Positions 18,094-26,372 of a DNA stretch of 64,000 nucleotides are shown in pieces. The notes under the pieces were generated by a model, which saw only the letters and a list, made by a program, of their open reading frames with translations, was not told where the DNA came from and did not search any database. Position 1 is the stretch's first letter. Each line of letters begins with the position of its first letter. Location of the stretch: contig WHSR01000010.1 of assembly GCA_009379995.1 (NCBI GenBank), positions 18,214 through 82,213 on the forward strand. The letters run 5' to 3'. This stretch comes from Streptosporangiales bacterium (lineage in GTDB: Bacteria; Actinomycetota; Actinomycetes; Streptosporangiales; WHSR01). The position numbers and the translations under genes are program-made.

Positions 18094-19229
18094 TGGCCGC
18101 CGTCGGGAAGGTTCTGATCGTCGGCGGCGGCCCCGCCGGGCTCTGTACGGCCACCGTGCTCAACAAGCGCGGCATCGACGCGGAGATCGTCGAGATCAAC
18201 GAGGAGCTCCGGCCGCTCGGCTCCGGGCTGACGATGATGGGGCCGACGTTGCGCGCGCTGCGGATGGTCGACGAGGAGGCGCTCGAGCGCTGTATCCGCG
18301 AGGGTACGGGGCATGCGGCGCTCCATTTCGGCACCGGCGACGGACAGATCGTCCAGCGCGTCGAGATGCCGCCGTCGGCCGGGCTCGAGTACCCCGGCGG
18401 CTTCGGCATCATGCGCCCCGTCCTCTGGGGGCTGCTCGCGGAGACCGCCCAGAAGGCAGGCACGCGCATCCGTCTCTCGACGACGGTGACGGCGATCGCG
18501 CAGCGCGCCGACGGCGTCGAGGTCTCGCTCAGCGACGGCTCACGTGCCACGTACGACCTGCTCGTCGGCGCGGACGGGCTCCACTCCAACGTGCGCGAGC
18601 TCGCCTTCCCGGATGCGCCCGGGCCGTTCCTCACCGGCCAGACCGTGTGGCGCGCGGTCGTTCCCCGGCCCACCGAGTTCAGCGACGACATGGCGATGTA
18701 CTACGGCCCCCGCAACAAGGCCGGCTGCAACCCCGTCTCGGACGAGGAGATGTACATCTTCGTCGTGGAGAACACGCCCGAGGTGACCCGGCCGCCGCGG
18801 GAGGAGTGGCCGGCGTTGATCCGGGCTCTCCTGGCCGAGTACGGGGGCGTGATCGCCTGGGCACGGGAGCGGATGACCGACCCCGAGAAGATCGACCGAC
18901 GACCGCTGCAGGCGATCCTCCTGCCTTCCCCCTGGTACCGGGGGCGGGTGCTGCTGATCGGTGACGCGGCACACGCGACAACACCGCACCTCGCGATGGG
19001 CGCCGGAATCGCTATCGAGGACGCGGTCGTCCTCGGCGAGGTTCTCGACTCGCACGCCGACCTCGGCAGCGCGCTCGCCGAGTTCATGGACCGGCGAGCC
19101 GAGCGCTGCCGGCTCGTTGTGGAGAACTCGCTCCAGCTCGGCGAGTGGGAAAAGCACCCCGACGACCCAGAGGCGGACCCGGCCGGCCTGACCGACACCA
19201 GCTTCGCCGCGCTCGCAGCACCGATCTGA
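18093..19229 (+). CDS. FAD-dependent aromatic monooxygenase (salicylate/3-hydroxybenzoate hydroxylase-like)
   Basis: Contains VLIVGGGPAGL (GxGxxG), LLVGADGLHSNVR and LIGDAAHATTPHLAMGAGIAIEDA. The ATG overlaps the upstream TGA. Confidence 0.8.
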   Translation: MAAVGKVLIVGGGPAGLCTATVLNKRGIDAEIVEINEELRPLGSGLTMMGPTLRALRMVDEEALERCIREGTGHAALHFGTGDGQIVQRVEMPPSAGLEYPGGFGIMRPVLWGLLAETAQKAGTRIRLSTTVTAIAQRADGVEVSLSDGSRATYDLLVGADGLHSNVRELAFPDAPGPFLTGQTVWRAVVPRPTEFSDDMAMYYGPRNKAGCNPVSDEEMYIFVVENTPEVTRPPREEWPALIRALLAEYGGVIAWARERMTDPEKIDRRPLQAILLPSPWYRGRVLLIGDAAHATTPHLAMGAGIAIEDAVVLGEVLDSHADLGSALAEFMDRRAERCRLVVENSLQLGEWEKHPDDPEADPAGLTDTSFAALAAPI

Positions 19230-19302
19230 CCCAGCCCCCCGTGAGACCGGCGCCCAGAGCGATACCACGAGGCGTATTCGCGCCGCTCATTAGGAGACGT
19301 CT

Positions 19303-20436
19303 ATGAAGATCAGCAAGGATCGGATCCTGACGACTCACGCTGGCAGCCTGCCCCGGCCGGACGACCTTCGACGGATGCTGCTGGACCGCGCCGGCGATAA
19401 GTCCGTCGATGAGGCTGTGATGAAGGCCCGTGTGGGGGAGGCGGTGGCAGAGGCCGTCGAGAGGCAACGGTCTGTGGGCATCGACGTCATCAGCGACGGC
19501 GAGATGGGCAAGATCGGCTTCTCGAGCTACGTCCTCCAGCACTACACGGGATTCGAGGAGAGCGCCAGCTTCATGGCCGCCGACCTGGGCGATTTTCCCG
19601 AGCTGGCCATGAAACTGTTCGCCAGCGGCGCGAACGTACGGCTTCCAGTGCTCAACGGCCCGATCGAGCCGAGGGATCCGCAGTGGGTACAGGAGGAGAT
19701 CGGGGACTTCGCGAGGGTCCTGGACGGGGTTGATCGCGACGACGCGTTCATCTGCGCGGTGACACCCGGTCACATCGCCTTCAACTTCCCCAACCGATAC
19801 TACCCCTCTCACGCGGCCTACATCGAAGCCGCCGCCGACGCGCTCCAGCATGAGTACAAGGCGATCGTCGAGGCAGGATTCAACCTCCAACTCGACTCTC
19901 CGGACTGCGCAATGGCCTGGCACTGCTCCGTCGAGGGCAGCGACCTCCGCGAGCGGCGAGCGCACACGGAGCGGAACATCGCGGTGCTCAACGAGATTCT
20001 CGCTGACCTGCCGACGGAAAGGCTCCGCTTCCACGTGTGCTGGGGCAACTACAACGGCCCCCACCATCGGGACGTCGGGCTGAAAGACATCCTGGACCTC
20101 ATTGTCAGGACGCGCGCCAAGTTCCTCTACGTGGAGGCGGCGAACCCGCAACATGAACACGAGTGGGAGGTGTGGAAGGAGGCCCGCCTCCCGGACGACA
20201 AGATTCTGATCGTCGGCGTCATCGACCCGAAGACGAACCATGTCGAGCATCCGCTAACGGTCGCGCAACGGATCCAGCGCTTTGCCGACGTTGTCGGCCG
20301 CGAACGGGTCGTCGCAGGCACGGACTGCGGCTTCGAGACATTCGCCGGAATGCTCGCATGTGACCCCGCAGTCGCATGGAAGAAACTCGAGATGCTGACG
20401 GAGGGGGCACGCGCCGCGAGCGAGAACCTATGGTAG
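19303..20436 (+). CDS. Cobalamin-independent methionine synthase (MetE C-terminal/MetE-II) family protein
   Basis: 377 aa. Contains TTHAGSLPRP...VISDGEMGK...FHVCWGNYNGPHH...AGTDCGF (Zn-ligand-like His/Cys positions). GC is lower than in neighbours. Confidence 0.7.
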   Translation: MKISKDRILTTHAGSLPRPDDLRRMLLDRAGDKSVDEAVMKARVGEAVAEAVERQRSVGIDVISDGEMGKIGFSSYVLQHYTGFEESASFMAADLGDFPELAMKLFASGANVRLPVLNGPIEPRDPQWVQEEIGDFARVLDGVDRDDAFICAVTPGHIAFNFPNRYYPSHAAYIEAAADALQHEYKAIVEAGFNLQLDSPDCAMAWHCSVEGSDLRERRAHTERNIAVLNEILADLPTERLRFHVCWGNYNGPHHRDVGLKDILDLIVRTRAKFLYVEAANPQHEHEWEVWKEARLPDDKILIVGVIDPKTNHVEHPLTVAQRIQRFADVVGRERVVAGTDCGFETFAGMLACDPAVAWKKLEMLTEGARAASENLW

Positions 20437-20503
20437 TGATCGGGACAGAACAACTGGCGCGCGGTTCTTATTGGCGCTCAGCTGAGTCGAAGCCTCGGCG
20501 TGC

Positions 20504-20971
20504 TCAGCGGATTCGGGAGATGTTGACCACCGCTCGCTTCCCGTCGGCGGAGACGGTCTCGACGCGGATCCCGTTGTTGATCTCAATCGTGCCGTAAGCG
20601 GTAGTGGTCATGCCCGAGGACAGCGCAAAGGTGGGGCCATCGCTGGTAACACCGACCACCATCAACGCGTCGACCCTGGGTTTGGTCTTCACCCGACTGC
20701 CGAACCGGATCACGTCCCCAGTCTTGATCTCGACCTCGCAGTCGCCGTCCTTGCAGGCGCCGAGGTTCGTACCGTTCGCCGCCTTCGGGTTCGCCGGGCT
20801 CTTCGTGGGCGGCGGCGGCGGTTGCGAGGGAGTGTGCGAGGTGCGAGTCGCGGGCTTCGCCGCCTCGACCGTGTCCGACTTACCGTCGCCGCATCCCGCG
20901 AGCAACAGCGCGGCGGCGGGCAGCAGAGCCGCCAGGGCGATGTGGCATTGGGTGGATGGCTTCCAGCGCAT
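20504..20971 (-). CDS. Putative secreted lipoprotein
   Basis: The internal start MRWKPSTQCHIALAALLPAAALLLAGCGDG provides a signal peptide and lipobox (LAGC), followed by a Pro-rich linker. Confidence 0.55.
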   Translation of the reverse strand: MRWKPSTQCHIALAALLPAAALLLAGCGDGKSDTVEAAKPATRTSHTPSQPPPPPTKSPANPKAANGTNLGACKDGDCEVEIKTGDVIRFGSRVKTKPRVDALMVVGVTSDGPTFALSSGMTTTAYGTIEINNGIRVETVSADGKRAVVNISRIR

Positions 20972-21122
20972 GGTCTCCCTCTCCCGGACAGCGGCCCAAA
21001 GGGCGTCCTCGGCGTCCGACTCACCGTGGCACGAGACGCCTGGGAGGGGTCCCGGACCCGCCTCCCAGACGTTGGGCTCCGGGTGGCGCTCTCCGGGGCG
21101 TATCCCGGTGAGTCTGCGCCGG

Positions 21123-21517
21123 TCAGCCGGTTGTGATGATGTCGCTCGTTGGCTCCGGCCCTCCCACGCTGGTGGCGGAGGTAGCCCGGCGGATGAACTC
21201 ACTGCCTGGTGGCCACATGGTCACGTGCTGGTCGCCGGTGGCTGGGTCGTAGGTGATGAAGGTGACCCCGTCGATATCGACGGCGAACAGGTGGAACCGT
21301 CCTGGTTCCGGAGTCCAGCCGAGATTGCTTGTCGCCGCCTCGGCGTAGCGACGCCGCACTGCGGGATCGTTCTCGGCCCGGGCGATACCGCGGATCTTGA
21401 ATTCTCCTTCGACGCCGTCACGGTTGGTGATCACGCGACGACACCCGGCCCGATCAGACGCTGCCGACCGAGCTCGGCCAGACGCGGCTGGATGCGTTCC
21501 ATCGCCGACCACTGCAT
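21123..21517 (-). pseudogene. Pyridoxamine 5'-phosphate oxidase (PPOX)-family protein with internal deletion/frameshift
   Basis: An RBS (GGAGGAG) precedes ATG at 21517, giving MQWSAMERIQPRLAELGRQRLIGPGVVA and then a stop at 21431. The C-terminal part sits in another frame (VITNRDGVEGEFKIRGIARAENDP...FHLFAVDIDGVTFITY). The central strand region of roughly 50 aa expected for this family is absent. Confidence 0.55.
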
Positions 21518-21533
21518 GGCTCCTCCGCTGGCG

Positions 21534-22900
21534 TCAGGGCTCCGCGGGTTCGGCGGGAGCCGCTGCCGTCTCCTCCCGTGGTGGGGCAGGCCGCGCCCCC
21601 ACGGTGACCTGTCTCATCAGGATCGTCAGGCACACACCGGAGATGACGAGCACCACGGCGACGTATCCGGCGACAGACACGATCGTGCCGGTGGCTTGCA
21701 TCAGGACCGTGGCCACGAACGGGCCCATGCCAGCGCCGATCACGGTGGCCAGCGTGTTGCCCAGCGACAGTCCCGAATACCGCGTCCGCGCACTGAAGGC
21801 GGCCGCGAACAGCGCGGCGAAGGCGCCGTAGCCGATGGAGGCGAAGAAACCAAACGCGAGAACGTAACCCGCGAGAATCCAGCCGAACTGCCCCGTGTCA
21901 ACCAGCACGGACTGTACGAATACCCCGATCGCCGATCCGATCACACCGGTCAGCACAATGCGACGTACGCCGAACCGGTCGGCCAAGACGCCGCCGAGAG
22001 GAAAGACAATGAGCTGCAGCGCGGTGGTGATCAGTACGATCGTGAGGATGGCGGATCGGGACACTCCTACCTGCTCCGTGGCGTAGCTGATCAGGTAGAC
22101 GATGGAGACCGTCGCGAACAGCCCGAATCCCAGGAACGCGCCGCCGGTGAGTATGACCTGCCGCCAATGCACGCGAAACGCTTCCACCAGAGGAACCCGA
22201 GCCTGAGCGCCCCTTTCCTTGACCTCTTCTTCGAACTCCGGCGTCTCGCTGATCTTCAGTCGTACGATTATGCCGAAAATCACGAGGACGAAGCTCAGCA
22301 GGAACGGGATTCGCCAGCCCCAGGCGACGAACTGATTCGACGGCAGACTCGCGACCGCCAGAAATACCGCGTTGCCGAGCACCACTCCCATGGGAAGACC
22401 GGTCTGCGGCAGGCTTGCGAAGAAACAGCGCCGTCCAGGTGGCGCGTGCTCGTAGGCGATCAGCACGGCGCCACCCCACTCGCCGCCGAAGGCCATGCTC
22501 TGCACCATACGTAGCAAGAGCAAAAGCGTGGGCGCCAGCACGCCTACGGCCTCGTAGGTCGGCAGACACCCGATGCCGATCGTCGCCACGCCCATCACAA
22601 TCAGCGTCGCTACCAAAGCGTTCTTGCGCCCGATCCGATCGCCGATGTGACCGAATATCACGCTGCCGAACGGCCGGGCCGCGCCGCGTAGCCCGCGGCA
22701 AAGGTGCCGAAGGCTGCCAACGTCGCTACAAACGGATCGGCCGACGAAAAGAACAGCCTCGGGAAAACCAGCGCCGCCGCCGTTCCGTATATCGAGATGT
22801 CGTAGTACTCCAGGGCGGTACCGGTGAAACTCGTCGCTCCCACCCTGAAGACGGAGGCCCGTTTCGCGCCCGCGCTGCTGTCGGTGAGACCTCTGGCCAT
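21534..22900 (-). pseudogene. MFS metabolite:H+ symporter (MHS-type) disrupted by a 5-bp tandem duplication
   Basis: The N-terminal frame MARGLTDSS...GTALEYYDISIYGTAAALVFPRLFF...FAAGYAARPG stops at 22658. The rest, ARPFGSVIFGHIGDRIGRKNAL...(12 TM), is in another frame. Removing one GGCCG of GGCCGGGCCG (22672-22681) restores YAARPFGSVIFGH. Confidence 0.7.
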
Positions 22901-23213
22901 GGCTGCTCCTTCGACGGGATCGAGCCTCGGGTGAGACGCGTGCCGGGGCAACACTCCGCGATCGAGTCCCGTACGACCAGCACCCTCCCGACCCGGCAGG
23001 TCGTGGGCTGCAAGGCTTCGGACACCTCGCCGTCACCGCCTCGGTGGGGGCACACTGCGGGACTCAATTGATGGGTATTAGTTCTACGACGTCGTGGTGC
23101 AGTTTGGCCAGACCCGATCGAAACTCGCAGGCCGGCGGCACCGATCCAGAGCGAATGGCGCAAACCGCTGGCACGTTTGACACGGCGAAGTCGAGCGGGC
23201 TTACCTGGGTCTC

Positions 23214-24361
23214 GTGGGGATCGGCAGGGCCCTCATCGTCGGTGGGGGCATCGGTGGGACTGTCACGGCCCTGGCGTTGCGCAAGGCTGGCATCGATTCG
23301 GTGGTGTACGAGGCGTACCCGACCGGGGCGGACGACATCGGCGCGTTCCTGGTCATCATGAGCAACGGGCTGGACGCGCTCCGGGCGGTGGACGCCGACC
23401 AGCTGGTGGTGAACGACTCGTTCCCCGCCAACGAGATCTCGGTGTTCAACCACCGTGGTGAACTGCTCGGGCAGAGCCCCATCGGCGGCGACTCCCCCGG
23501 CGCTCCCGGCGCCCGCACTCTCACCCGAGCCGGGCTGTACAGGGTGCTGCACGACGAGCTGGCCCGCCGCGGTGGCCGCGTCGAGCACGGCAAGCGTCTC
23601 GTGGCCGCGGAGCCGAGACGCGGCGGTGGGGTGGTCGCCGCCTTCGCCGACGGAACTCACGCCGAGGGCGACATCCTGGTCGGCGCCGACGGCCTGCACT
23701 CGGCGACCCGCGGGATCATCGACCCGGCGGCGCCGGTGCCTCGCTACACGGGATTGAACGTGGTCTACGGCTACGCCGACGGCACATCCTTCCCCGCCGC
23801 GCCGGACTCGTACCGGATGACGTACGGCAACCGGGCGTACTTCGGCTACACCACCGTGTCCGACGACAGGACGTGGTGGTTCGCCCGCCTGCCCGCCGAC
23901 GAGCTAACCACCTCCGAGCTGGCCGCCATGACGCCCGCGCGATCGTCCGGTGCACCGGCGAGGAGATCTACGGCGGCAACACCTACGACATCCCGTCCAC
24001 GCCCACCTGGCACACATCGTCGATGGTCCTGGTCGGCGACGCCGTACACGCGGCCTCTCCGGCAGCCGGCCAAGGCGCCTCGATGGCCATGGAGGACAGC
24101 GTCGTGCTCGCCAAGTGCCTGCGCGACATCTCCGATGTCGAGCGGGCATTCGCCGCCTACGAGGGGCTGCGCCGGGATCGCGTTGAACACCTGACCGCCG
24201 CGAGCGCGAGCCAGAGCAACACGACCGACGAGGTAAGCACCGACACGGCCCGGCCGGATCGGCCCAACCGACAGGACCGGCCCTTCAACCGTGACCATCA
24301 CATCGACTGGGACGCGACGGTGACACCGCCCGACGCGCCCAGCCTCCCATCACGCTCCTAG
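23214..24361 (+). pseudogene. FAD-dependent monooxygenase with internal deletion/frameshift near 23940
   Basis: Frame 1 reads ALIVGGGIGGT...LVGADGLHSATR...WWFARLPADELTTSELAAMTPA and then nonsense. The frame of ORF 23873..24361 resumes at AIVRCTGEEIYGGNTYDIP...LVGDAVHAASPAAGQGASMAMEDS. About 15-20 aa expected between the two parts are missing. Confidence 0.65.
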
Positions 24362-25158
24362 GGGCGTGAGGCGGACTGTCCGGGAGCCCGGCCCTGTGTC
24401 GGTGGTCCGGCGTAGGCCTGGGCGATGGTGAGCCAGCCGTCGGCGTCCGGGCCGTCGGCGACGAGGGCGAGGTCGTCGCGGTGACGGCGCTTGGTGACCA
24501 GGAGGCAGAAGTCCAGCGCCGGACCGGTGACCTTCTGCTGCGCGTCGGCAGGCCCCCAGGTCCACAGCCGCCCGCTCGGCGAGGTCAGCTCGACGCGGAA
24601 CTCCTCCGCGGGCGGGGTTAGGCCGCGGGCCTGGTACGCGAAGTCCCTGGTACGCACGCCGAGGTGGGCAACGTGGACAATTCGGTCGGTGGGGGTCGGC
24701 TGGACGCCTACCGCGTCGGCGATGTCCTGCCCGTGTGCGAACATCTCCATCAACCGAGTAGAGGCCAAGGTCGCGGGCGCCATCGGGACGACGATCCAGG
24801 GAACCTTCTGGCCGGGCGGTACGGCGGCCAACGCGTCGCGGACCTCGGCGCGTCCCGCCCGCCACTCGGCGAGCAACCGGTCGGGCGGTTGGGCCAGGAA
24901 CGGCGCCATGCCGGCGTCCACTGCCGCGTCGAAGTCGGCGCCGGCCTCGGCCCGTCGCGCGTGGAACGCCTCGGCGTCGGCTGCGGCCAGCGCGGCGTGC
25001 CGGTCGCTGGCCGTCAGGTGGGCGACCTGATGAGCGATCGTCCAACCGGCTGCGGGTGTGGGCAGCCTCCACTGTTCCGGAGACAGGCCGGAGAGCACCT
25101 GGTCGAGGTCGTCGCCCTGGGTGGTCAGGTCGGCCAGGACATCATCCACAGTCGCCAC
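24358..25158 (-). CDS. Maleylpyruvate isomerase-family, mycothiol-dependent-enzyme-like protein (TIGR03084-like)
   Basis: GTG at 25158 lies inside ORF 24358..25446. Contains WRLPTPAAGWTIAHQVAHL (DinB/MDMPI-type metal-binding N-domain) and the C-terminal LDFCLLVTKRRHRDD. Confidence 0.6.
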   Translation of the reverse strand: MATVDDVLADLTTQGDDLDQVLSGLSPEQWRLPTPAAGWTIAHQVAHLTASDRHAALAAADAEAFHARRAEAGADFDAAVDAGMAPFLAQPPDRLLAEWRAGRAEVRDALAAVPPGQKVPWIVVPMAPATLASTRLMEMFAHGQDIADAVGVQPTPTDRIVHVAHLGVRTRDFAYQARGLTPPAEEFRVELTSPSGRLWTWGPADAQQKVTGPALDFCLLVTKRRHRDDLALVADGPDADGWLTIAQAYAGPPTQGRAPGQSASRP

Positions 25159-25226
25159 GGATTCGGCCTCCGTCCACAAGCCCGCGAACGTTACCAATCC
25201 ACACTGCCAGCGGCTGCCTACCCCTG

Positions 25227-25598
25227 TCACTGCGACGGGGAAGCGCGCCGAGCCTCGTGAAGATGGGCGTTTCGGGGCGGGTGTTGGATGCGCCTGCCCT
25301 TGTTGAGCCGTTCCTGGTTGGACAGCCGTGGCCCGCGCTCGGTCTGCATGATCGACTGGAACAGCCGCAGCCCGTACGTGCAGCGCGGGTCCTTCGGGCC
25401 CATCTCGCCGTAGAAGAAGTACGCGTACCCGGCGTGCAGCAGCCACCTCTCGTCGGCGCGCACCGCCACCCCGGCGTGTCCCCTGGTGTGCCCGGCCAGC
25501 GGCACCAGATTCAGCCCCGTGGCGTGATAGCTCTGGCTCCGGAACAGCGTCGCGGCGGTGCGCAGAACCCGATCTCGGGTATCGGTCCGTCTCGGCAC
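25227..25598 (-). pseudogene. Chimeric remnant: TetR-family N-terminal ~28 aa fused in frame to the C-terminal part of an MBL-fold hydrolase
   Basis: (V)PRRTDTRDRVLRTAATLFRSQSYHATG is the start of a TetR HTH. It is followed directly by LNLVPLAGHTRGHAGVAVRADERWLLHAGYAYFF...RLFQSIMQTERGPRLSNQERL, which contains MBL motifs HTxGH and a HAGD-like AGY. Confidence 0.55.
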
Positions 25599-25637
25599 TC
25601 GATCAAGATATGAAGACTGGTCTAGTAAGTACGGGAC

Positions 25638-26306
25638 TCATCGTGCCGCGACGTCGTACCGGCGGAGGACGAGGTGGGCGACCGTCTCGTCGGGACCGAT
25701 GGGCGGGGTGACAACGTCGGCCGGGGCGGCGGCGATCCGGCTGGCGAAGAAGCCCGGCGCGAGGAGGTAGCTCGCGACGCCGACCCCTCCCGAGGCGACG
25801 GCCCGTGCGGCCGCTACCGCCTCCTCGAGGTTCGACCGCGCCGGTGAGGCCTCGGCGGGGAGAACGGGCAGGCCAAGGCAGGCCTGGAGCATTCCCGCCG
25901 CCCGCATCACGGCGCGGCGCGCGGCCGGGTGGGACGACCCGGCCGAGGCCAGGACGACGGCGTCGCCCGAGGTGATCCCCGCGGCGCGGAGCCGGCACGC
26001 GAGGAGCCGGGCGAGCGCGGGATCGGGGCCGAGCGGCGGTGCGATCCGCGCGTCCGGGGCCGCCCAGGCGACCGAACGTGGAATGTCGACGGCGACATGC
26101 TGCCCGGTCGACAGCAGGACGGGCACCACCACCGGGGTCGGACAGCCGGCGAGCACGGCCTCCAGCGACGGCTCCTGCACGTCCACGTAGCCGACCCGCA
26201 CCCGCAGGGCGGGCCGCAGCGCGCGTACCCGGTCGACGAGGGTGTGGATCGTGGCCTGCCCGCACGGATCCCGGGTGCCGTGGGCGGCCGCGACGAGGGT
26301 TCTCAT
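25638..26306 (-). CDS. Sirohydrochlorin chelatase (CbiX/SirB family)
   Basis: Has the two-lobed CbiX pattern: LVAAAHGTRDP...VVPVLLSTGQHV...VVLASAGSSHP...VASYLLAPGFF. Confidence 0.7.
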   Translation of the reverse strand: MRTLVAAAHGTRDPCGQATIHTLVDRVRALRPALRVRVGYVDVQEPSLEAVLAGCPTPVVVPVLLSTGQHVAVDIPRSVAWAAPDARIAPPLGPDPALARLLACRLRAAGITSGDAVVLASAGSSHPAARRAVMRAAGMLQACLGLPVLPAEASPARSNLEEAVAAARAVASGGVGVASYLLAPGFFASRIAAAPADVVTPPIGPDETVAHLVLRRYDVAAR

Positions 26307-26372
26307 GGGCCTCCTTTTCCGATGAGTGGCCCATTCATCCGCTAGGTCCGTATGGGTGGGCCATTCATCGGA

